A stretch of 64,000 bases of DNA from Candidatus Lindowbacteria bacterium RIFCSPLOWO2_12_FULL_62_27 (GTDB lineage Bacteria > Lindowbacteria > 2-12-FULL-62-27): assembly GCA_001784175.1 (NCBI GenBank), contig MFPR01000028.1:37955-101954 (forward strand), in the 5' to 3' direction. Below the pieces are notes generated by a model. That model was not told where the DNA came from. It searched no databases and saw nothing but the letters and a program-made list of their open reading frames with translations. Positions 17,660 to 26,595 of this stretch are shown here, one piece after another. Made by a program: the position numbers and the translations under genes. The stretch's first letter is position 1, and each line of letters opens with the position of its first letter.

Positions 17660-18631
17660 CTAAAAGCGGTGTAAAAATCCTTTTACGACCATCCGCCGGG
17701 GCGGCCGCCTCTCCATATTATATATAGGCCCTCCCACCGGGCTTGGATTGAGGATGCGTCCGATACATGCGTATCGTCGCCGGATGTGCCGCGGAACGGG
17801 CGGCCGGACGGTAAAGAGAAGTACATAATCCTCGCCGCCGATCGCCGCTTCCTGCACGGGGTCTTTTCCAAGCCGCCGGAACGCAGCCCTTGCCTCGGAG
17901 GTCACCGGCAGATGCGAGGGCACGAGGCCCGCGCCGACTCGACTCGCCCGGCACAGGCGCGAGAGATCCATCAGCAATCCGTCCGAGACGTCCATCATCG
18001 CGGTGACACGCGGTTCTTTGGAGAGATCGCGCCCGGCGCGTCGCGCGGCCGCCGGGCGCAGATGCGCGGCTCGCAGCGCGCGGGGAACCCTGAGACCGCG
18101 GCGAAACATCAAGAGCGCCGCCCTCGACGACCCGACCGGCCCGGACACAAAAATCATATCACCCCGGCGCGCGCCGCTTCGCCTCAGAAATCTTTTTCCG
18201 GCCTGCCCGATCGCGCAGACATCCAGCATCAGTTTCGGCGCGCGCGTGAGATCCCCGCCGACAATCGTCGCCCGGTGTTCCGCGGCCGCCGCCTGCAGCC
18301 CCCCGAGCAGCGACCGGATCTTCGTCGGCTTCGCGCCCGCGGGAATCCCGGCGGTCACCAGAAACGCAACCGGGGTCGCGCCGCACGCGTAAAGATCGGA
18401 TACCGCCGCCGACAGAGCCTTGTAGCCGACGTCCGACCAGCCAAAATACCGAAGATCAAAATCGACGCCTTCCACCACCGCGTCCACCGTCAGCGCCACA
18501 TCCGTCCCGCCCATCCGCACCAGCGCCGCGTCGTCTCCCGCGCCGACTCGCACGCCCCGCCGGCGGTCCGCGACGCCGGGCCGGAACCGCCGCGCGATCT
18601 CCTCAAGAAGCGATTGCTCCCGCATGCCCAT
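17660..18631 (-). CDS. thiL: Thiamine-monophosphate kinase
   Basis: GAGDDAA, SDLYACGA, VGGDLT, MDVSDGL, GGEDYVL. Confidence 0.95.
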   Translation of the reverse strand: MGMREQSLLEEIARRFRPGVADRRRGVRVGAGDDAALVRMGGTDVALTVDAVVEGVDFDLRYFGWSDVGYKALSAAVSDLYACGATPVAFLVTAGIPAGAKPTKIRSLLGGLQAAAAEHRATIVGGDLTRAPKLMLDVCAIGQAGKRFLRRSGARRGDMIFVSGPVGSSRAALLMFRRGLRVPRALRAAHLRPAAARRAGRDLSKEPRVTAMMDVSDGLLMDLSRLCRASRVGAGLVPSHLPVTSEARAAFRRLGKDPVQEAAIGGEDYVLLFTVRPPVPRHIRRRYACIGRILNPSPVGGPIYNMERRPPRRMVVKGFLHRF

Positions 18632-19779
18632 CAGCCCGTGATGTATTTTCTCGGCAGGCGCTTGCCGAATCCCGTCATGACTTCATAGGGAATCGTGCCG
18701 ATTTTTTTTGCCGTTTCCCAGAACGTGATCGTCCCGTGCGCCGGATCGTTGCCCTGGATCAGAATCGGATCGCCCGTTTCGATGTCGTCCGCCACGCGCG
18801 AAAGATCGAGAAAACACTGGTCCATGCAGATCCGGCCGATCACCGGCAGCGCGCGGCCTCCATAACAGGCCACGGCGGCGTTCCGGCGGCGCTGCCCGGT
18901 GTGGCTCAGCCGCCAGTCCAATCCGTCGGCGTAGCCTACCTGCACGACGCCCACCGGCGTGAGTCGCTCGACTCGCCCGGCCAGACCGTAGCCGACGCCC
19001 TCGTCAGGCTCGACCCATTTGACGGAGATCAGCCGCGCCTTGACGGCCATCGCCTCCTCCAGATTCAGCTTCGCGCTTTGCTCCGGCCTCGGCGTCACAC
19101 CGTACAGGCCCAGTCCGACGCGCACGAGGTCGTAATGAAAATCGCACGATGTCAGGACCCCGCCTGTGTTGGCGAGGTGCCTGTATCGCGGAGTGAGACG
19201 CAGGCGCCGCATCTGTTTCAGGCACCATTCAAACCGCCGGCGCTGCAGGCGCATGAAGGGAAGATTTTCCAGAGAAGTGGCCAGATGCGAATAAATGCCT
19301 TCGACCCGCACGCCGCGGAACAGGCCCAGGCGCAGCGCAAAGTCTCCCGCCTGGTTCCACTCGACGCCCAGACGATTCATCCCCGTATCAATTTTCAGAT
19401 GAACCCGGACCGGCCGGCCGAGACGTTTGGACAGCCGGTCGAGATCGTCCGCAAAATCGATCGTGAAGAGCGTGAAGATCACGCCGCGCTTCGCGAGGTC
19501 CCGCACGTCCCGACGGTCCACCGGACCCATCAGCATCACCCGTCCCGAGGACACCACGTCCCGCAGCCGGTGCGCCTCCTCGGCCGTCGATACGCAAAAC
19601 CACCGCACGCCGGCGCGGTGGAGCGCGGCGGACACCGGTTCTATGCCGTGACCGTACGCGTCGGCCTTCACCACCGCCGCAAGCTCCGCCCGCCGAAGCA
19701 TGCGCTGGAAGCGCTGCGCGTTCCGGACGATCCGGTCAAGATGAATCTCCACCCATGCCGGGCGCCGGACGGGTATCAT
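18631..19779 (-). CDS. alr: Alanine racemase
   Basis: AVVKADAYGHG, KIDTGMNRLG, GYADG, GRICMDQ, GTIPYE. Start likely ATG 19779. Confidence 0.96.
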   Translation of the reverse strand: MIPVRRPAWVEIHLDRIVRNAQRFQRMLRRAELAAVVKADAYGHGIEPVSAALHRAGVRWFCVSTAEEAHRLRDVVSSGRVMLMGPVDRRDVRDLAKRGVIFTLFTIDFADDLDRLSKRLGRPVRVHLKIDTGMNRLGVEWNQAGDFALRLGLFRGVRVEGIYSHLATSLENLPFMRLQRRRFEWCLKQMRRLRLTPRYRHLANTGGVLTSCDFHYDLVRVGLGLYGVTPRPEQSAKLNLEEAMAVKARLISVKWVEPDEGVGYGLAGRVERLTPVGVVQVGYADGLDWRLSHTGQRRRNAAVACYGGRALPVIGRICMDQCFLDLSRVADDIETGDPILIQGNDPAHGTITFWETAKKIGTIPYEVMTGFGKRLPRKYITG

Positions 19780-19879
19780 GGCGCTTGGTAGTTTCTCACG
19801 CCGTCCCAGCGCCCTTTCTTGTCCATATGCGGAGTTTATCATACAAGGATTATCATATGATGATGGTACGTTCGATTTC

Positions 19880-21427
19880 ATGAGCGCATTGCTTGAACTG
19901 AAGGATATCCGAAAATCCTACGGAGACCGCGTCATTTTGGACGGGGTCAGCGTCTCGCTGTCCGACGATCAGAAAGTCGGCGTGATTGGCCGGAACGGCG
20001 CGGGTAAGTCGACGCTTTGCCGGATCATCACCGGCCACGAGGAGGCGGACGGAGGCACGGTCGGTAAAAGCGCGGGATTTCGATTGGCCTATCTCGAACA
20101 GCACGACCCCTACCGGCTGGACGAAACCGTCATCGGTTTTCTTCAAAGATATACCGGCAAGGCAGACTGGCAGTGCGGCAGGGTGGCCGGGTCGTTTCAG
20201 CTGAAGAATGAATTGCTGAAAACAGAAATCGGGAGTTTGCCCGGGGGATACCGCACTCGCGTCAAGCTGGCATCCATGTTGTTGACCGACCCCAATTTTC
20301 TGATCATGGACGAGCCCACCAATTACCTCGATCTCAAAACACTCATTTTGTTCGAGGAATTTCTTCAGGATTTCCGCGGGGGATTCATGGTCGTGTCACA
20401 CGACCGGGAATTCCTGATGAGGACGTGCACGCATACGCTGGACATCGAAAGAGGCGATTGCGTTCTGTATCCCGGAACGGTCGAGGAATACCTGATCTTC
20501 AAGCGGGAGCAAAAAGAACAGGTGATCAGCTACAACAAAAATGTCGAGGCCAAACAGAGGCAGCTCAAATTATTCGTCACGCGGTTTGGAGCCAAGGCGT
20601 CCAAGGCGAGCCAGGCGAAATCGAAGATGAAACAATTGGAAAGGCTGAAGACCATCGAGGTCGGGCATGCGCTGGGGAATGTGTCGATCCGGATACCGAA
20701 CGTTGAAAAACAGAACAAGGACGCGATTTCCTGCAGAGACCTGGCCATTGGATACCCTGAAAAACTTGTGGCAGGCAAAATCAATATGGAAATCAAACAT
20801 GGAAAACACGTCGCCGTACTCGGCGATAACGGGCAGGGGAAAACGACGTTCCTTCGGACCATCGCCGGCGATCTCGAACCCAAAGGCGGAAACGTAAAGT
20901 GGGGGTACGGGCTTGAGATCGGCTACTATGCGCAACATGTGTTTACGGCGCTGGATTCAAATTCGGATGTCTACACCCACCTGGAGGAGCATGCCGCGCC
21001 CGGCGTTTCGCGGCAGGATATTTTAAATCTCGCCGGGAGTTTTCTGTTCAAGGGCGATGATGTTAAAAAGAGGATCGCGGTCTTGAGCGGCGGAGAACGC
21101 GCCCGGGTCTGCCTGGCGGGCCTGCTTCTGGCAAAGCGCCAGGTCCTGATCTTTGACGAGCCGACCAACCATCTTGATTTCGAAACCGTCGAGGCTCTGG
21201 GCCGGGCGCTCAAAGGGTTTGACGGCACGGTGTTCTTCGTCAGCCACGACCGCACATTCGTCAACCTGGTGGCCACAGAAATCATCGAAGTCCACAACGG
21301 CTCCGTCCGGCGGCACGCGGGGAATTATGAGGACTACGTGTATCATCTTGAAAAAAGAATTCACGAAGAATTGAAAAGCGGCATCCTCGCCGATGAGAAC
21401 CTCTGGATTGAACTGAATTCCAAATGA
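19880..21427 (+). CDS. ABC-F family ATPase
   Basis: Two NBDs (GRNGAGKS, GDNGQGKT, DEPTN twice) and no TM domain. Confidence 0.93.
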   Translation: MSALLELKDIRKSYGDRVILDGVSVSLSDDQKVGVIGRNGAGKSTLCRIITGHEEADGGTVGKSAGFRLAYLEQHDPYRLDETVIGFLQRYTGKADWQCGRVAGSFQLKNELLKTEIGSLPGGYRTRVKLASMLLTDPNFLIMDEPTNYLDLKTLILFEEFLQDFRGGFMVVSHDREFLMRTCTHTLDIERGDCVLYPGTVEEYLIFKREQKEQVISYNKNVEAKQRQLKLFVTRFGAKASKASQAKSKMKQLERLKTIEVGHALGNVSIRIPNVEKQNKDAISCRDLAIGYPEKLVAGKINMEIKHGKHVAVLGDNGQGKTTFLRTIAGDLEPKGGNVKWGYGLEIGYYAQHVFTALDSNSDVYTHLEEHAAPGVSRQDILNLAGSFLFKGDDVKKRIAVLSGGERARVCLAGLLLAKRQVLIFDEPTNHLDFETVEALGRALKGFDGTVFFVSHDRTFVNLVATEIIEVHNGSVRRHAGNYEDYVYHLEKRIHEELKSGILADENLWIELNSK

Positions 21428-22437
21428 TGGCCGCGCGGATGTTGATGACCTGCAAAGCCACGTTCGAAAATATGTTGATTCGCGAACTCGGTTTGTACGG
21501 ATGGAAGGCTGACACAAGCGGCGCGGGTTGGGTCCTGGCGACGGTGAAGGGTCCCTATCCGGACATCTGTTTTGCGGAATCAGCGGGAGAAGATCCTGTG
21601 GAGATCACGGCGTCCTCAGCCAACAAACTGACCTCCGAACTCGTTGACCTGTTCATGGCCGGGTTGAAAGATAATCGCGTGGACAACCCCTGGCCGTTTG
21701 TGTTTAACGCGGTTGGCCAGGACGCATCGCTTTCAAAACGGGCCAAAACCGTCCAGGCGGCATGGCTCAAAAAATTGCAAAAAATCCTGCCGCGCGTGAT
21801 GAGGCTGGCCCGCGAGGACATGACGGAGGAGTGTGCGGCTCGGCGGGGATTTTTCGTCCACGTGACTGATTTTACCCGCGCGTTCGTCTCGCGGTCCGCC
21901 AAGTTCGGCGGTCAACGGCGGATGCAAATGGATTCAAAGGCTCCGTCCCGGTCGTATCTGAAGATTGAAGAAGCGTACGGCATACTCGGGTGTCAGCCCG
22001 GAAAGGGCGAAACGGTGATCGATCTCGGCGCCGCGCCCGGCGGATGGAGTTACAGCGCATTGAAACGAAACGCGCGAGTGATCGCGGTGGACAACGGCCG
22101 GCTCCTGGGAACCGTCAAAAATCATCCCGGCCTCACGCATCATCAGGAAAACGCCATGGCCTATCAACCGCCGGCCGGCGTGACCTGCGATTGGCTTTTC
22201 TGCGACGTCCTCGACCAGCCGGACCGAATCCTGAACGTGATTTTCAAATGGGTCGGGAACCGATGGTGCCGCCGGTTCATCGTCAATCTGAAATTCGGCC
22301 GCACCGACCCGATCCCCCTGCTGGCCAAGGCGAGGGATCCCGGTACTGGACTGGCGGCCGGTTGTTCCGTTTTGAAAATCCGCCATCTGTACCATGATCG
22401 GGAGGAACTGACGCTGATGGGATCTGTGAGGACCTGA
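21424..22437 (+). CDS. RlmM-like FtsJ-family rRNA 2'-O-methyltransferase
   Basis: APSRSYLKIEEA, DLGAAPGGWS, WLFCD, IVNLKF, LYHDREELT. Confidence 0.85.
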   Translation: MMAARMLMTCKATFENMLIRELGLYGWKADTSGAGWVLATVKGPYPDICFAESAGEDPVEITASSANKLTSELVDLFMAGLKDNRVDNPWPFVFNAVGQDASLSKRAKTVQAAWLKKLQKILPRVMRLAREDMTEECAARRGFFVHVTDFTRAFVSRSAKFGGQRRMQMDSKAPSRSYLKIEEAYGILGCQPGKGETVIDLGAAPGGWSYSALKRNARVIAVDNGRLLGTVKNHPGLTHHQENAMAYQPPAGVTCDWLFCDVLDQPDRILNVIFKWVGNRWCRRFIVNLKFGRTDPIPLLAKARDPGTGLAAGCSVLKIRHLYHDREELTLMGSVRT

Positions 22438-22462
22438 AAACTTAAAAGAAGACCCGCGACGG

Positions 22463-23296
22463 TCACGAACGATCTATATTTTCGATAAACGTCATATCCT
22501 CGGCCGAAAGTTCAAACCCGAATATTCCCAGATCCATCTTCATGTGTCCTTCGTCGGTCGTGCCGGTCAGCGGGATCATGCCGATCTGATAAGCGAACCG
22601 GAAGATGATCTGCGCGGGAGTAACCGAACATCTTCCGGCGATTTCACGGATTCGAGCGTGATGAAGAACCTGGGGGTTGGCGGTCAGGAGGGAGAATCCC
22701 TGATAATGGATCGCGTGCCGCCGGCAAAAATCCCGCACGGCTTTGTCCCAACCCCGGTTGGCAAAGCATCGATTCTGAACCATCATCGGTTTGATCGCGG
22801 AACGGCTGACCAGCATTTCCATTTGCTGAATATTCACGTTACTGATACCGATTGATTTGGCCGCCCCGGATTTATAAATTTCCTCCATCGCACGCCAAAC
22901 CTCGAAATCCTCCGCGCCGAGCGCCGGATAATGGTAAGGCCCGTGCAATAGATACGAATCGACATAATCGGCCCGCAGATGCTCCAGCGAACTCGCAAAC
23001 GACTGTTTCACCTGCGTCCCCAAATCCGCCTCGGGATCGTACGGCAGCCGGTGGTCCTGTCCATCGACCGGCGTAAATTTCGTCTGCAGCCAGAGCTGGT
23101 CCCGGGAAATCCCGCACGCCGCCAAGTTGGCCAGCGCATCTCCCACCAGCTGTTCCGAATAATGTTTGGCCTGATTGGCCGTATCCACGGCCCGGAACCC
23201 GGATCTCACGGCCAATTCCACCAACGCGGTCGTCGCCTCTTTTTTCCAGGCGGTTCCATAAATGAAGCTCTGGCACGCTGCTTTGGACATCGGCAC
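22463..23296 (-). CDS. Aldo/keto reductase
   Basis: GFRAVDTA, LQTKF, DSYLLHGP, IGISN. Confidence 0.9.
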   Translation of the reverse strand: MPMSKAACQSFIYGTAWKKEATTALVELAVRSGFRAVDTANQAKHYSEQLVGDALANLAACGISRDQLWLQTKFTPVDGQDHRLPYDPEADLGTQVKQSFASSLEHLRADYVDSYLLHGPYHYPALGAEDFEVWRAMEEIYKSGAAKSIGISNVNIQQMEMLVSRSAIKPMMVQNRCFANRGWDKAVRDFCRRHAIHYQGFSLLTANPQVLHHARIREIAGRCSVTPAQIIFRFAYQIGMIPLTGTTDEGHMKMDLGIFGFELSAEDMTFIENIDRS

Positions 23297-23422
23297 TCTC
23301 CCTTTTCCGTGATTTCACGCAGCATCCATCATGCCTCAAAGCCGGGTATTGTGAAGGGCCGACGGCGAACCGACAGATCATTGAAATTTCGGCTTTACAT
23401 TCCGAATTTTCAATGATATATT

Positions 23423-24583
23423 TTGACCATGATCGAACGTCGAAATCTCGCCTCGCGCGTGGAACGGGCGCTGGACCGCGCGCCGGTGACGGCGCTCCTC
23501 GGGCCCCGGCAGTGCGGCAAGACCACGATGGCCCGGCAGATCGCGCGCCGGCGCGGGGATGTCACCTACTTCGACCTCGAGTCGCCCGGGGACTCCGCAC
23601 GGCTCGAGCATCCGATGATGGCCCTCGAGCCGCTCAAGGGGCTGGTCATCATCGACGAGGTCCAGCGGCGGCCGGAGCTGTTCGCCATCCTGCGGGTCCT
23701 CGCCGACCGGCGGGCCTCCTCGGCGCGGTTTTTGATTCTCGGAAGCGCATCACCCCATCTGGTGAAAGGCGCGTCCGAATCCCTCGCAGGCCGGATCGAG
23801 TTTGTCGAGATGGGCGGGATCGAGCCCTCTGATCCGGGCGCGCCCCACCTCGATCGGCTCTGGGTCCGCGGCGGCCTGCCGCCCTCGTGCCTGGCCCGAA
23901 CCGAAACGGACAGTTACGTGTGGCGCGACAATTACGTCCGGACGTTTCTCGAACGCGACGTGCCGCAGCTCGGCATCTCTGTCCCCGCGCTCACGCTCCG
24001 GCGCTTTTGGAGCATGCTTGCGCATTACCACGGTCAGATCTGGAACTCGTCGGAACTGGGCGCGGCCCTCGGCCTGAACGACAAGACGGTCCGGCGGTAC
24101 TTGGACCTTCTCACCGGCGCGTTTCTCGTCCGGCAGCTCGCGCCCTGGCACGAGAATATCGGAAAGCGCCAGGTCAAATCGCCGAAGGTCTACTTCCGCG
24201 ACACGGGACTGCTCCACCTGCTCCTCGAAATCCCGGACGCGCGCGCGCTCGATCGCCATCCGAAAATCGGGGCGTCCTGGGAAGGCTTTGCCCTTGAACT
24301 CGTCCTTCGCGCCCTTCGGCCGCTATCCGCCTATTTCTGGGCCACGCACAGCGGCGCAGAGCTGGACCTTCTCGTCGTCGATCGTGGCCGGCGATACGGA
24401 TTCGAATTCAAGCGCGCCGACGCTCCGCGCATGACACGCTCCCTCGATTCCGCGATTCGAACGCTGGGCCTTGCCAGGGCCTGGATCGTCTATCCGGGCC
24501 GGACCGCCTATCGCATCAGTGCCAAGGCCGCCGCGCTGCCCCTGTCCCGCCTCACGGGGAAGTTCACGATTCGGTCGCTATGA
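23423..24583 (+). CDS. AAA_14 ATPase with DUF4143 domain
   Basis: GPRQCGKTT, IIDEVQ, LGSAS, KSPKVYFRDTGL, ELDL...EFK. Confidence 0.9.
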   Translation: MTMIERRNLASRVERALDRAPVTALLGPRQCGKTTMARQIARRRGDVTYFDLESPGDSARLEHPMMALEPLKGLVIIDEVQRRPELFAILRVLADRRASSARFLILGSASPHLVKGASESLAGRIEFVEMGGIEPSDPGAPHLDRLWVRGGLPPSCLARTETDSYVWRDNYVRTFLERDVPQLGISVPALTLRRFWSMLAHYHGQIWNSSELGAALGLNDKTVRRYLDLLTGAFLVRQLAPWHENIGKRQVKSPKVYFRDTGLLHLLLEIPDARALDRHPKIGASWEGFALELVLRALRPLSAYFWATHSGAELDLLVVDRGRRYGFEFKRADAPRMTRSLDSAIRTLGLARAWIVYPGRTAYRISAKAAALPLSRLTGKFTIRSL

Positions 24584-25341
24584 CCCGCGAGCCGCAAGAC
24601 GTCTTGCGTCAGCTTCTATCGGACGCACGCCGCGTCGTGGTCTTCACGGGCGCCGGGATTTCGACGGAAAGCGGGATCCCGGACTATCGAAGCAAATCAG
24701 GGAGGTGGAGCAAGTTTACTCCGGTCACAATCCAGGATTTTCTGGCCAGCGAAGAAAAACGCCGGGAATACTGGGCCGAGAAAAAGGAACTCATGGCCTG
24801 TTTCGAGCGCGTCAAACCCAACGCCGGACACATCGCCATCGCGCGGATGCACACGACCGGAAAACTGACAGGCGTCATCACGCAAAACATCGACGGGCTC
24901 CATCAAGCGGCGGGCCTGCCGGACGACAAGGTCGTCGAACTCCACGGCACGAGCTGCGCGGTGATCTGTTTTTCCTGCGGCAGGATCGATCCGTGGGAGG
25001 CGGCGTATCGGCGGCTCCTAGCGGGCGACCCCGCGCCAAAGTGCGAATCATGCGGCGGGATTTTAAAACCCAACACGATTTCCTTTGGTCAATCACTCGA
25101 CCCGGCGGTTCTCAATCGTGCGACGCGGATGGTCGAGGACTGCGATCTTCTGCTGGCCGTCGGATCGATCCTGATCGTCGAGCCGGCCGCGTCGTTTCCG
25201 CGCATGGCCAAATCGCGAGGCGCGCGCCTCGCCATCGTCAACCTGTCGGACACCCCGCTCGATCCGATCGCCGACGTGGTCATCCGCGCCCCTGCGGGGG
25301 AGGTCCTGCCGGCCGCCGTAAACTTGAAAATTGAACATTGA
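24580..25341 (+). CDS. cobB: Sir2-family NAD-dependent deacylase
   Basis: TGAGISTESGIPDYR, TQNIDGLH, ELHG, two CxxC pairs. Confidence 0.9.
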   Translation: MTREPQDVLRQLLSDARRVVVFTGAGISTESGIPDYRSKSGRWSKFTPVTIQDFLASEEKRREYWAEKKELMACFERVKPNAGHIAIARMHTTGKLTGVITQNIDGLHQAAGLPDDKVVELHGTSCAVICFSCGRIDPWEAAYRRLLAGDPAPKCESCGGILKPNTISFGQSLDPAVLNRATRMVEDCDLLLAVGSILIVEPAASFPRMAKSRGARLAIVNLSDTPLDPIADVVIRAPAGEVLPAAVNLKIEH

Positions 25342-25365
25342 GCATTGATTATTGAGCCTTGACGA
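25324..25365 (+). repeat. Six tandem degenerate heptamers TTGANNN
   Basis: TTGAAAA TTGAACA TTGAGCA TTGATTA TTGAGCC TTGACGA. Confidence 0.8.
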
Positions 25366-25394
25366 ATCTTTGTGACGACACAGAGGAAACATTG

Positions 25395-25829
25395 ATGCAA
25401 ACGAAAAACGCCAAAGAGATTGACAAACGCGACCAACGGACGCTGGCCCTCTGGGCCGCCGATTGCGCCGAGCGAGTGCTTCCGTATTTCGAGGACAAAC
25501 ACCCGAACGACAACCGACCTCGGAATGCCATCGCAACAGTCCGCGCGTGGGCGCGCGGCGAGATTCCGTTCTCCATGAAGTTGATCCGAACCGCGTCGCT
25601 CAACTCCCACGCCGCCGCGCGGGCAGCCGTTGATCCCGCCGCCATCGCCGCCGCCCGCGCCGCCGGGCAGGCTGTCGCGACCGCACACGTCGCAGGTCAC
25701 GCCCGCGCCGCAGCCGCTTATGCGATCAAGGCGCTCGGCTCCGCATCCGCAAATGAGCGCATCTGGCAACGACGCCGTTTGCCACGGCGTCTTCGGGCGT
25801 TCGCGCTTCCCACAGTCGCATCCTCATAA
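25395..25829 (+). CDS. Imm5-like putative immunity protein
   Basis: LALWAADCAERVLPYFE...RPRNAI...AAGQAVATAHVAGHA...ERIWQ. Confidence 0.8.
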   Translation: MQTKNAKEIDKRDQRTLALWAADCAERVLPYFEDKHPNDNRPRNAIATVRAWARGEIPFSMKLIRTASLNSHAAARAAVDPAAIAAARAAGQAVATAHVAGHARAAAAYAIKALGSASANERIWQRRRLPRRLRAFALPTVASS

Positions 25830-26153
25830 TTCCTGACACCGTGCCGCTCTCTCCGCCCAGTCCGCAAGCTCCCGCGGATCCTCCAGCACGTCTGCCGGAA
25901 CTTCGTAATACGATTTGAGCGGCTGCTTTTTGCTCGGACGAAACGGTAACATCTTGCGCTCGCGATAAGGCGCTGTCGATTCCGGGGCGGCCGGATCAGT
26001 TTTGAAATAGAGCCTGTTTTTGTGAAGGATCCCGAAGAACACCTCGCCCCGATACAGTCCATATCCGCCGAACATCGCACACGCCTCGACCGGACCGAAT
26101 GCCGCCAACTGATCCAGAACGAAATCTCTGAACTTCTCCTTTGACGCATTCAT
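25824..26153 (-). CDS. TfoX/Sxy N-terminal domain protein
   Basis: AMFGGYGLY, LYFK, SYYEVPADVLED. Confidence 0.88.
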   Translation of the reverse strand: MNASKEKFRDFVLDQLAAFGPVEACAMFGGYGLYRGEVFFGILHKNRLYFKTDPAAPESTAPYRERKMLPFRPSKKQPLKSYYEVPADVLEDPRELADWAERAARCQEL

Positions 26154-26479
26154 TTGCGTGGGCGTTTCTTCGTCCCCCGGGGCGGGCTCGGAATCAACAG
26201 GTGAATCCGATCTCCGTCCTTCAGAAGGGTGTCGACATCCGGCCGGCCGCCGTTCAATTCGATCCCCAGAACGCCCGGCGGGAATTTTTTCCGGATTTCC
26301 GGGTGCTCAAACAAAATGGAGTTGAACACCATCAAAAACGGCGCCCCCGGACTTGCGTAACTGATGTCTTCCGCAACGCCCGTCAGATTCTGAATCGTCT
26401 CATCGTAGGTGATCCGAATCGCAATGGATCCATCAGGCCGGTACGCCGGCTCCTTCTTTTGCGGCGGCAAAAACACCAT
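26150..26479 (-). CDS. MoaD/ThiS-like beta-grasp protein without terminal GG
   Basis: LNGGRPDVDTLLKDGDRIHLLIP followed by a basic tail. Confidence 0.55.
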   Translation of the reverse strand: MVFLPPQKKEPAYRPDGSIAIRITYDETIQNLTGVAEDISYASPGAPFLMVFNSILFEHPEIRKKFPPGVLGIELNGGRPDVDTLLKDGDRIHLLIPSPPRGTKKRPRK

Positions 26480-26595
26480 GACCTTTAACCTCCCTCGGAG
26501 ATTTTTTCAATTTCCCGCCGCGCGCGCGTCGTGCGGGAGCGGCGCAGGGCAATTTCAGCGGATATCAGCATCTCGGCTGGAGGGCGTCTATCCGA

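Noticed and set aside
23423-25341. Sir2 plus ATPase as a Thoeris/Sir2-HerA-type defence system
   Set aside because: The Sir2 is a canonical Zn-binding CobB-type deacylase and the ATPase is DUF4143-type, not HerA.
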